Shown here: piece after piece, positions 13,914-24,875 of the stretch
Layout of the letters: each line of letters opens with the position of its first letter
Numbering within the stretch: position 1 is the first letter of the stretch
Assembly: GCA_002269645.1 (NCBI GenBank)
Contig: NIVC01002204.1
Location: forward strand, 1-64,000
From: Macrostomum lignano
Taxonomy: Eukaryota
DNA: 64,000 bases
Reading direction: 5' to 3'
Made by a program: the position numbers and the translations under genes
Notes under the pieces: generated by a model
The model's input: only the letters and a program-made list of their open reading frames with translations
Databases searched by the model: none
What the model was told of the DNA's origin: nothing

Positions 13914-14062
13914 CTATCTGTCTCTGTCTGAGTCGTGGTGACTATTTGAGTGCAACAGTCCCAGATAGCATACTCGTACAATCGCACAGAAACAGTGACA
14001 GACTCACCAGATATTATGGCTAACAAAATCGCAACGAAGACCATCAGAGCAGGTTTAGCCAT
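11385..14062 (-). CDS. Ly6/uPAR-like gene B: two three-finger domains, signal peptide, GPI signal, about 183 aa; exons 14008-14062, 13200-13321, 12283-12504, 11385-11537
   Basis: Canonical splice sites, phases 1,0,0; MAKPALMVFVAILLAIIS leader; two 8-Cys units (LSCY..C..C..GCGxC..CxxCxxxYCN); hydrophobic tail [14 protein letters not shown]. Confidence 0.85.
11585..12265. repeat. 21-bp satellite (ACTAAACTGTCTAACAGGTAG) in intron 3 of gene B
   Basis: About 32 tandem copies. Confidence 0.95.
12560..13050. repeat. 12-bp satellite (TCAATCGAATGC/TCAATCGAGTCC) in intron 2 of gene B
   Basis: About 40 tandem copies of two variants. Confidence 0.95.
13378..13930. repeat. (TGTC)n microsatellite in intron 1 of gene B
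   Basis: Direct periodicity. Confidence 0.95.
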
Positions 14063-14667
14063 GGGTTCACGCAGGAGTTTCAATGGCAATTCAACTATCT
14101 AATTGAGTTTTGCTTGGCAGATTTTCGCAAGCCAAAAACAACCACCCATCGCATCAGGCTTCAAGACTCTCAGTTTTCTTATATTTATAACAATTAACAT
14201 TGGTTTTGTTTGCGAAAACACGCAAACGTTGTCAATAGCAGGAAAAATATACAGATGTGCTTACAGCAAAACAGACTGCTATGGGAACAGTTATGGGAAT
14301 TATATGCTATATGCTATGCTTATATGCTAACAGCTATGGGAATTAGTTATTGTTGAAGTACCGCTGGCAGTTTGCAGACAGTTGCAGACAGACAGTGCAG
14401 ACATACACAATTTGTTTTTAGCAGAATCTGTACTGACAAAAAATTCAACTGTAAAGGACTTGCAAAAAATACAGGAAAATAACCATTCAAGTTTACGAAT
14501 GTTGTTGACAAAATATTTTTACCTTGGTTGACTCATTTCAGAGCTTTATAACAGTTATTAGGCTTGCTTAATTTATACGAGCATATAGTTAGACACTGCA
14601 ACGCATTTTGGTCTAAACTCTTGCTGTCAGATTGGTGGCTAATCTGATCAAATTACTTATCCGCAAT

Positions 14668-16297
14668 TCCCTGTCCCCTGTCCCCAATCCCCTATCCTCA
14701 ATCCCCTGTCTCCTGTCCCCTGTCCCAATCCCCTGTCCACTGTCCTCAATCCCCTGTCCACTGTCCTCAATCCCCTGTCCACTGTCCTCAATCCCCTGTC
14801 CACTGTCCTCAATCCCCCGTCCCCTGTCCTCAATCCCCTGTCCACTGTCCTCAATCCCCTGTCCACTGTCCTCAATCCCCTGTCCTCAATTCCCTATCCC
14901 CTGTCCTCAATCCCCTGTCCTCAATCACCTGTCCCCTGTCCCCTGTCCTCAATCCCCTGTCCTCAATCCCCTGTCCTCAATCCCCTGTCCCCTGTCCCCT
15001 GTCCCAATCCCCTGTCCACTGTCCTCAATCCCCTGTCCACTGTCCTCAATCCCCTGTCCACTGTCCTCAATCCCCTGTCCACTGTCCTCAATCCCCTGTC
15101 CTCAATTCCCTATCCCCTGTCCTCAATCCCCTGTCCTCAATCCCCTGTCCCCTGTCCCCTGTCCTCAATCCCCTGTCCTCAATCCCCTGTCCTCAATCCC
15201 CTGTCCCCTGTCCCCAATCCCCTGTCCCCTGTCCTCAATCCCCTGTCTCCTGTCCCCTGTCCTCAATCCCCCGTCCCCTGTCCTCAATCCCCTGTCCACT
15301 GTCCTCAATCCCCTGTCCACTGTCCTCAATCCCCTGTCCCCTGTCCTCAATCCCCCGTCCCCTGTCCTCAATCCCCTGTCCACTGTCCTCAATCCCCTGT
15401 CCACTGTCCTCAATCCCCTGTCCACTGTCCTCAATCCCCCGTCCCCTGTCCTCAATCCCCTGTCCACTGTCCTCAATCCCCTGTCCACTGTCCTCAATCC
15501 CCTGTCCTCAATTCCCTGTCCCCTGTCCTCAATCCCCTGTCCTCAATCCCCTGTCCCCTGTCCCCTGTCCTCAATCCCCTGTCCTCAATTCCCTGTCCCC
15601 TGTCCCCTGCCCTCAATCCCCTGTCCCCTGTCCCCTGTCCTCAATCCCCTGTCCCTTGTCCTTAATCCCCTGTCCCCAATCCCCAGTCCTCAATCCCCTG
15701 TCCCCTGTCCTTAATCCCCTGTCCCTAATCCCCTGTCCCCAATACCCTGTCCCCAATCCCCTGTCCCCAATCCCCTGTCCCCAATCTCCAATCCCCAATC
15801 CCATGCCTCAATCCTCAATCTCAATCCCCTGCCTCAATCCCCAATCCCCAATCTCCTGCCTCAATCCCCAATCCCCAATCTCCTGCCTCAATCCCCAATC
15901 CCCAATCTCCTGCCTCAATCCCCAATCCCCAATCTCCTGCCTCAATCCCCAATCCCCAATCTCCTGCCTCAATCCCCAATCCCCAATCTCCTGCCTCAAT
16001 CCCCAATCCCCAATCTCCTGCCTCAATCCCCAATCCCCAATCTCCTGCCTCAATCCCCAATCCCCAATCTCCTGCCTCAATCCCCAATCCCCAATCTCCT
16101 GCCTCAATCCCCAATCCCCATTCTCCTGCCTCAATCCCCAATCCCCAATCTCCTGCCTCAATCCCCAATCCCCAATCTCCTACCTCAATCCTTTATCCCC
16201 AATCCCCTGTCCCCAATCCCATGCCTCAATCCCCAATCCCATGCCTCAATCCCCAATCTCAATCCCCTACCTCAATCCCTTATCCCCAATCCCCTGC
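14668..16297. repeat. C-rich compound satellite of heptamers (CCCCTGT, CCTCAAT, CCCCAAT) with a 27-bp sub-array at about 15820-16190
   Basis: Direct periodicity; intergenic between Ly6 genes A and B. Confidence 0.95.
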
Positions 16298-16596
16298 CTG
16301 AATTTTTGGCAAATCAGATTGGTGTTTTATAGGTTGAAAACTTATGGCTGCCTGCAATGAATCGGTGTATTTGATAACCAATCCAAGAATAACAAAGCAA
16401 ACCGAAGTGTAAAAAGCAGCGTCGCTTAAAAAAGGAACAAAATTAGAGCACATTAGTGTTGGATATATGCGTAGCTGGAAGTTGAGGCGCACTGCTCGTT
16501 GCAGCATGTATAGCAAATCATTATAAGTTGCTTTTTCAGTGAGCAAAGTATACGAGCGTACATATTTCTGCTTCAGGGGGTTCCAGAAGCGCAGCT

Positions 16597-19500
16597 TCAG
16601 AGCCGCTTCATCAGTGCCAGCAGGGAGGCGGCAGCAACGATGAACTGGCAGCCCCCCAGACTGCAGGCAGAGTTGCAGTAGTCTGTGCTGCAGCTGCGGC
16701 AGTTCGTGTCGGGGTACCGAGTGCAGTCTCCGCAGCCTGCAAAGAACCTCTGCAATGGCGAATGTTGGCTCTGGCTTTGTGGTGACGCAATGGGGTTGTG
16801 ACACTAATTGTGACACTGTCTAACAGGATGATTGAGACTCTGTCTAACAGGATTATTGAGACACTGTCTAACAGGATTATTGAGACACTGTCTAACAGGA
16901 TTATTGAGACACTGTCTAACAGGATGATTGTGACACTGTCTAACAGGATTATTGAGACTCTGTCTAACAGGATTATTGAGACTCTGTCTAACAGGATTAT
17001 TGAGACTCTGTCTAACAGGATTATTGAGACTCTGTCAAACAGGATTATTGAGACTCTGTCTAACAGGATGATTGAGACACTGTCTAACAGGATGATTGAG
17101 ACTCTGTCTAACAGGATTATTGAGACACTGTCTAACAGAATGATTGTGACATTGTCTAACAGGATGATTGTGACACTGTGTAACAGGATGATTGAGACTC
17201 TGTCTAACAGGATTATTGAGACTCTGTCAAACAGGATTATTGAGACACTGTCTAACAGGATTATTGAGACACTGTCTAACAGGATTATTGAGACACTGTC
17301 TAACAGGATGATTGTGACACTGTCTAACAGGATTATTGAGACACTGTCTAACAGGATTATTGAGACACTGTCTAACAGGATTATTGAGACACTGTCTAAC
17401 AGGATTATTGAGACACTGTCTAACAGGATTATTGAGACTCTGTCTATCAGGATTATTGTGACACTGTCTAACAGGATTATTGAGACACTGTCTAACAGGA
17501 TTATTGAGACATTGTCTAACAGGATTATTGAGACACTGTCTAACAGGATTATTGAGACGCAGTCTAACAGGATTATTGAGGCACTGTCTAACAGGATTAT
17601 TGAGACACTGTCTAACAGGATTATTGAGACACTGTCTAACAGGATTATTGAGACATTGTCTAACAGGATTATTGAGACACTGTCTAACAGGATTATTGAG
17701 ACACTGTCTAACAGGATTATTGAGACACTGTCTAACAGGATTATTGAGCCACTGTCTAACAGGATTATTGAGACACTGTCTAACAGGATTTTTGAGACAC
17801 TGTCTAACAGGAGGATTGAGACATTGTCTAACAGGATTATTGAGACACTGTCTAACAGGATTATTGAGACACTGTCTAACAGGATGATTGAGACACTGTC
17901 TAACAGGATTATTGAGACTCTGTCTAACAGGATTATTGAGACACTGTCTAACAGGATTATTGTGACACTGTCTAACAGGATGATTGTGACACTGTCTAAC
18001 AGGATGATTGTGACACTGTCTAACAGGATTATTGAGACACTGTCTAACAGGATTATTGAGACACTGTCTAACAGGATGATTGTGACACTGTCTAACAGGA
18101 TTATTGAGACTCTGTCTAACAGGATTATTGAGACTCTGTCAAACAGGATTATTGAGACACTGTCTAACAGGATTATTGTGACACTGTCTAACAGGATGAT
18201 TGTGACACTGTCTAACAGGATTATTGAGACACTGTCTAACAGGATTATTGAGACACTGTCAAACAGGATTATTGAGACTCTGTCTAACAGGATTATTGAG
18301 ACACTGTCTAACAGGATTATTGAGACACTGTCTAACAGGATTATTGAGACACTGTCTAACAGGATTATTGAGACACTGTCTAACAGGATTATTGAGACAC
18401 TGTCTAACAGGATTATTGAGACACTGTCTAACAGGATTATTGAGACACTGTCTAACAGGATTATTGAGACACTGTCTAACAGGATCATTGAGACACTGTC
18501 TAACAGGATGATTGAGACACTGTCTAACAGGATTATTGAGACTCTGTCTAACAGGATCATTGAGACACTGTGTAACAGGATGATTGAGACACTGTCTAAC
18601 AGGATTATTGAGAAACTGTCTAACAGGATCATTGAGACACTGTCTAACAAACAGGATGATTGAGACACTGTCTAACAGGATGATTGAGACACTGTCTAAC
18701 AGGATTATTGAGACACTGTCTAACAGGATTATTGAGACACTGTCTAACAGGATGATTGAGACACTGTCTAACAGGATGATTGAGACACTGTCTAACAGGA
18801 TTATTGAGACACTGTCTAACAGGATCATTGAGACACTGTCTAACAGGATTATTGAGACACTGTCTAACAGGATCATTGAGACACTGTCTAACAGGATTAT
18901 TGAGGCACTGTCTAACAGGATGATTGAGACACTGTCTAACAGGATTATTGAGACTCTGTCTAACAGGATCATTGAGACACTGTGTAACAGGATGATTGAG
19001 ACACTGTCTAACAGGATTATTGAGAAACTGTCTAACAGGATCATTGAGACACTGTCTAACAGGATTATTGAGGCACTGTCTAACAGGATGATTGAGACAC
19101 TGTCTAACAGGATTATTGAGACACTGTCTAACATGATCATTGAGACACTGTGTAACAGGATCATTGAGACACTGTCTAACAGGATTATTGAGACACTGTC
19201 TAACAGGATTATTGAGCCACTGTCTAACAGGATTATTGAGACACTGTCTAACAGGATTTTTGAGACACTGTCTAACAGGAGGATTGAGACATTGTCTAAC
19301 AGGATTATTAAGACACTGTCTAACAGGATTATTGAGACACTGTCTAACAGGATGATTGAGACACTGTCTAACAGGATTATTGAGACTCTGTCTAACAGGA
19401 TTATTGAGACACTGTCTAACAGGATTATTGAGACACTGTCTAACAGGATGATTGTGACACTGTCTAACAGGATGATTGTGACATTGTCTAACAGGATTAT

Positions 19501-22500
19501 TGAGACACTGTCTAACAGGATTATTGAGACACTGTCTAACAGGATGATTGTGACACTGTCTAACAGGATTATTGAGACTCTGTCTAACAGGATTATTGAG
19601 ACTCTGTCAAACAGGATTATTGAGACACTGTCTAACAGGATTATTGTGACACTGTCTAACAGGATGATTGTGACACTGTCTAACAGGATTATTGAGACAC
19701 TGTCTAACAGGATTATTGAGACACTGTCTAACAGGATTATTGAGACACTGTCTAACAGGATTATTGAGACACTGTCTAACAGGATTATTGAGACACTGTC
19801 TAACAGGATTATTGAGACACTGTCTAACAGGATTATTGAGACACTGTCTAACAGGATTATTGTGACACTGTCTAACAGGATTATTGAGACACTGTCTAAC
19901 AGGATGATTGAGACTCTGTCTAACAAGATGATTGAGACACTGTGTAACAGGATCATTGAGACACTGTCTAACATGATTATTGTGACACTGTGTAACAGGA
20001 TGATTGAGACACTGTCTAACAGGAGAGTAACAGTTCCAGTAAAACGGCCCTGACCAGTGAACTCACTTGAGTAATTCCAACGCTGCTGCTGTACTCGTAG
20101 CAGGTGAGTGTGCTGCAATTTATTTTTGTTCTACTAGAGTGAAAATAACTGTCAAAGCTGTGGTAGCAGTTCACAGTTGGCGGTCGAGTGTTGCAGTAGT
20201 CTGTTGAGCAAGTCGTGCATAGGGAAGCGATGTGGTAGTAGTGCGTGCAGTCTCCGCATCCGCCATAGTTATACTGTAGACATTTTTGGTGGGAAAGCAT
20301 ACTCGTATTTGTTAGGTAGAGTCAGAGCATTACGTTAGTTATTCTGTTAGTTTAGAGTTCTTGATGGGGTCCTTAACTAGTTCCTAAACCGGGTCCTCAA
20401 TATAGAATCCTTAATCAGGTTTTTAAAAGGGTTCTTAAAATCGGGCCCTCAATAAGGTCTTGAATCGGGTCCTCAACGGTTCCATAATCGCGTCTTTAAT
20501 TGAGTCCTCAATCAGGTCCTTAATTGGGTCCTTAATCAGGTTCTCACTTATATGTAGGTCTTCAATATGTAGGTTGATGAATGTACATGTAAATGCTGAT
20601 GTCTCATTGACCGTTATAGTCTTGAAAGCAAATCCACTATAAAATTTCAAGCTTACGGATTTGTAATTGTACGAGTAGCAGTACCACCGAGAACTGAGAC
20701 AAGTTGTTTCAGTGCCGTTGGAATAAGGTGAAGTTGAGGCTGACCGAGTGTAGCAGCTGAGCGGCGTTGCGGGACTCGCTGTGGGAGATAGTGTCTTAGT
20801 GTCTGTCTGTCTCTGTTTGTGTCATAAATATGTGTCTGTCTGTCTGTCTATGTTTGTGTCATAAATATGTGTCTGTCTGTCTGTTTGTCTGTCTCTGTTT
20901 GTGTCATAAATATGTATCTGTCTGTCTGTTTGTCTGTCTATGTTTGTGTCATAAATATGTATCTGTCTGTCTGTTTGTCTGTCTCTGTTTGTGTCATAAA
21001 TATGTATCTGTCTGTCTGTTTGTCTGTCTATGTTTGTGTCATAAATATGTGTCTGTCTGTCTGTTTGTGTCATAAATGCGTCTGTCTGTCTCTGTTTGTG
21101 TCATAAATGCGTCTGTCTGTCTCTGTTTGTGTCATAAATATGTGTCTGTCTGTCTGTCTCTGTTTGTGTCATAAATATGTGTCTGTCTGTCTGTTTGTCT
21201 GTCTATGTTTGTGTCATAAATATGTGTCTGTCTGTCTGTTTGTCTGTCTATGTTTGTGTCATAAATATGTGTCTGTCTGTCTGTTTGTGTCATAAATGCG
21301 TCTGTCTGTCTCTGTTTGTGTCATAAATGCGTCTGTCTGTCTCTGTTTGTGTCATAAATATGTGTCTGTCTGTCTGTCTCTGTTTGTGTCATAAATATGT
21401 GTCTGTCTGTCTGTTTGTCTGTCTATGTTTGTGTCATAAATATGTGTCTGTCTGTCTGTCTCTGTTTGTGTCATAAATATGTGTCTGTCTGTCTGTTTGT
21501 GTCATAAATGCGTCTGTCTGTCTCTGTTTGTGTCATAAATATGTGTCTGTCTGTCTGTTTGTCTGTCTATGTTTGTGTCATAAATATGTGTCTGTCTGTC
21601 TGTTTGTGTCATAAATGCGTCTGTCTGTCTCTGTTTGTGTCATAAATGCGTCTGTCTGTCTCTGTTTGTGTCATAAATATGTGTCTGTCTGTCTGTCTCT
21701 GTTTGTGTCATAAATATGTGTCTGTCTGTCTGTCTATGTTTGTGTCATAAATATGTGTCTGTCTGTCTGTTTGTCTGTCTCTGTTTGTGTCATAAATATG
21801 TATCTGTCTGTCTGTTTGTCTGTCTCTGTTTGTGTCATAAATATGTGTCTGTCTGTCTGTCTCTGTTTGTGTCATAAATATGTGTCTGTCTGTCTGTTTG
21901 TCTGTCTCTGTTTGTGTCATAAATATGTATCTGTCTGTCTGTTTGTCTGTCTCTGTTTGTGTCATAAATATGTATCTGTCTGTCTGTTTGTCTGTCTCTG
22001 TTTGTGTCATAAATATGTATCTGTCTGTCTGTTTGTATGTCTATGTTTGTGTCATAAATATGTGTCTGTCTGTCTGTCTCTGTTTGTGTCATAAATATGT
22101 GTCTGTCTGTCTGTTTATGTTTGTGTCATAAATATGTGTCTGTCTGTCTGTTTATGTTTGTGTCATAAATATGTGTCTGTCTGTCTGTTTGTGTCATAAA
22201 TGCGTCTGTCTGTCTCTGTTTGTGTCATAAATGCGTCTGTCTGTCTCTGTTTGTGTCATAAATATGTGTCTGTCTGTCTGTCTCTGTTTGTGTCATAAAT
22301 ATGTGTCTGTCTGTCTGTTTGTCTGTCTATGTTTGTGTCATAAATATGTGTCTGTCTGTCTGTCTCTGTTTGTGTCATAAATATGTGTCTGTTTGTCTGT
22401 CTATGTTTGTGTCATAAATATGTGTCTGTCTGTCTGTTTGTGTCATAAATGCGTCTGTCTGTCTCTGTTTGTGTCATAAATGCGTCTGTCTGTCTCTGTT

Positions 22501-23013
22501 TGTGTCATAAATGCGTCTGTCTGTCTCTGTTTGCGTCATAAATATGTGTCTGTCTGTCTGTTTGTCTATGTTTGTGTCATAAATATGTGTCTGTCTGTCT
22601 GTTTGTCTGTCTCTGTTTGTGTCATAAATATGTGTCTGTCTGTCTGTCTCTGTTTGTGTCATAAATATGTATCTGTCTGTCTGTTTGTCTGTCTATGTTT
22701 GTGTCATAAATGCGTCTGTCTGTCTCTGTTTGTGTCATAAATATGTATCTGTCTGTCTGTTTGTCTGTCTATGTTTGTCATAAATGCGTCTGTCTGTCTC
22801 TGTTTGTGTCATAAATATGTATCTGTCTGTCTGTTTGTCTGTCTATGTTTGTGTCATAAATATGTGTCTGTCTGTCTGTCTGTCTGCTTGTCTGCCCGTC
22901 TGTCAGTCAGTGAGTCTGTCTTCTTGTCTGTCAGTCCGCCAATCAATCAATACGCCAGCCTTACCAAATATGGCAAGCAGAGCTGCAGCGCAGACCAGAT
23001 CGCAGTGAGCCAT
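16597..23013 (-). CDS. Ly6/uPAR-like gene A: two three-finger domains, GPI signal, about 176 aa; exons 22965-23013, 20657-20778, 20067-20273, 16597-16749
   Basis: Same exon structure and phases as gene B; [16 protein letters not shown] leader; [53 protein letters not shown], hydrophobic tail. Confidence 0.85.
16800..20025. repeat. 21-bp satellite (ACACTGTCTAACAGGATTATTGAG-type), about 150 copies, intron 3 of gene A
   Basis: Direct periodicity; source of the IETLSNR / LLDSVSII ORFs. Confidence 0.97.
20345..20550. repeat. Degenerate 12-bp repeat (TCAATCAGGTCC-like) in intron 2 of gene A
   Basis: Resembles the 12-mer in intron 2 of gene B. Confidence 0.65.
20800..22925. repeat. Composite satellite: (TGTC)n blocks alternating with TTTGTGTCATAAATATGTG, intron 1 of gene A
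   Basis: Direct periodicity, unit about 25-41 bp. Confidence 0.95.
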
Positions 23014-23417
23014 AGTGAAGCGCTACATGTACGAGTATAGCAGACTTACTCCAGGTTTTGCGAGATGCTTCAGCTGTCGGGTTTACTTAGCAGGTTTTTA
23101 TGAGCCGGAAAACAAGCAGCCTCATCAGGTGATTTCTCATGACCCAAAAAATTCATATTTTGTTAATGTGTTTTCTACTAATAACAGCACTACAGGCTGA
23201 AACTATTTTTAGCTTTTTCGAGCAAGCATTCACATGTGCGAGATGCTTTTTTTGTCAGCATATTGAGTGGTAAAGTGGCAAAATGCAGATAGTCAGAGCA
23301 TTCTCAGAAACTTGTGTGAACAGCAGAAACCTCTGACGAATCGATGCACGCAAGGCTGAGATTAAAGTTATTCACCGCACAAACAGGACTAGTTTGGGGC
23401 AACAGAGAAACAAAGTT

Positions 23418-23592
23418 GTAGTCCAGTGGTTGGAGCGTCTGACTCACGACTGAAAGGTCGGTGGTTCGATTCTCAAGCCACTCGGAACAATTTGTGTCCT
23501 TGAGCAAGACACTTGACTCTGTATTGCTTCAGTCTACACAGATGTAAAATGGGTACCAGCATTAGCTGGGGTAATTGAGGGTGTGTGTGTGG
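23418..23592 (+). mobile_element. tRNA-derived CORE-type SINE, copy 1
   Basis: A-box GTAGTCCAGTGGTT, B-box GGTTCGATTC, CORE-like GTGTCCTTGAGCAAGACACTT..GTAAAATGGGTACC; related copies at 46464 and 47614. Confidence 0.75.
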
Positions 23593-23656
23593 CTCCTCTC
23601 AGAGACTCCTGGGCCCGCTTCGCTTAGGGCCCGCGTCCTCTCCAAACCGTGTAGGA

Positions 23657-23710
23657 CAGGGGTTGGCAAACTTTTTTACGTTAAGGGCCACATAGAGAAT
23701 CTAGTGCATG
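23657..23710 (+). mobile_element. hAT-Charlie-like terminal fragment
   Basis: CAGGGGTTGGCAAACTTTTT..AAGGGCCA resembles Charlie termini; partner end not found. Confidence 0.45.
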
Positions 23711-23719
23711 ACTGCGGAC

Positions 23720-24040
23720 CAGAGGAAGGGAGAGAAGATTGTCAGAAGGAATGGGGAAAAGAGAAGAGAGATAGAAGAAAGGAAAGGCGAGGGAATAAAG
23801 AGAGGAGAGGAGAGGAGAGAAGTGGAGAAGAGAGGAGAGAGAGGAGTGGAGAGTAGATGAAATAAGAGAGAGAGACAAGGAGAGATGAGAGGAGTGGAGT
23901 GGAGAGGAGAGAGAGGAAGAGAGGAGAGGAGAGAGAGGAGTGGAGAGACAGATAAGGAGAGGGAGAGGAAATGAGAAGAGAGGAGGGGGAAAAGGAGTGT
24001 AGAGAAGAGAAAGTGGAGACAGGAGAGAAGAGAAGAGATT
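23720..24040. repeat. Polypurine GA-rich tract
   Basis: Nearly pure A/G for about 320 bp. Confidence 0.9.
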
Positions 24041-24875
24041 TTCAAGTGTGGTAAAAATGTGGTAAGTGTGGTAAAGTAGACAGACAAACTATCAAGTACA
24101 TTTGGTTGGTGTAAATTAACCTAAAGGCCATCAACCAAAACGGTCGCACAGTTAAATTTCTCATCAATAAAAGATAGTTGAATTTTATTTTTTAAGAAAT
24201 AACATATATATCAGCTTTATATAGATTATGCAAAATACGAAATGAAATATACTTTTACGAGTACAAGGCCGTATTATTAAGCATTTTATACTCTTACAAT
24301 ATAGACTATGAACAATTAGCTACAAATGAGACCGAGAACTTGCTCAGAGAATGAGAATTATGAATAATATAGCATAGATGCAGTATCTACTTAATCTATA
24401 ACAATGCATTATGAATAATTGAACTCAAACAAACTAAAAGATTTTAAGCTACTCTGATCAACTGACAGCTTCTTAGTGATTTAAACAGGTTTTCATTCAA
24501 GGACACAAAGCAGCGGCCAAGAAATAAGCTTTCTGTTGGTTTTTTCCAGCCAACCTAAATGACTAATGATTGTCTTTCTACTAAACTAAATCCCAGCCTT
24601 TAGCAGCGGCAGATCGTGTAAGCTAAGTAAGATTGAGAATATTTTCAAGCCAAGGTGATTACGAAGTAGACAGACAGTCATGGCGATTGGCTGAAAAAAC
24701 CGATGCTAAGAACTCGATACTCTCTGTTAATTAAAACAGATTTATAAGTGTCACATCTCGGTATAGTTAACAGCTTTTAAAGTACGTCAATCATTTATTA
24801 TTGTTGCTGTTGTCACTATCTTTGTTGTTGTTGTTGTCGTTATTATTGTTGCTATTTTTCTTGTCTTTGTTGTTG

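Noticed and set aside
11371-16360. Repeat ORFs (VRQFSLP, SIEC, QTDR, PLSSIPC etc.)
   Set aside because: Translations of satellites; the real exons are in other frames
16611-20118. 490-690-aa ORFs on both strands (LLDSVSII / IETLSNR)
   Set aside because: By-product of a stop-free 21-bp satellite inside a well-supported intron; no non-repeat coding context
23418-23495. Possible tRNA gene
   Set aside because: A/B boxes run into a CORE-like body, no acceptor stem, and two related decayed copies: a SINE
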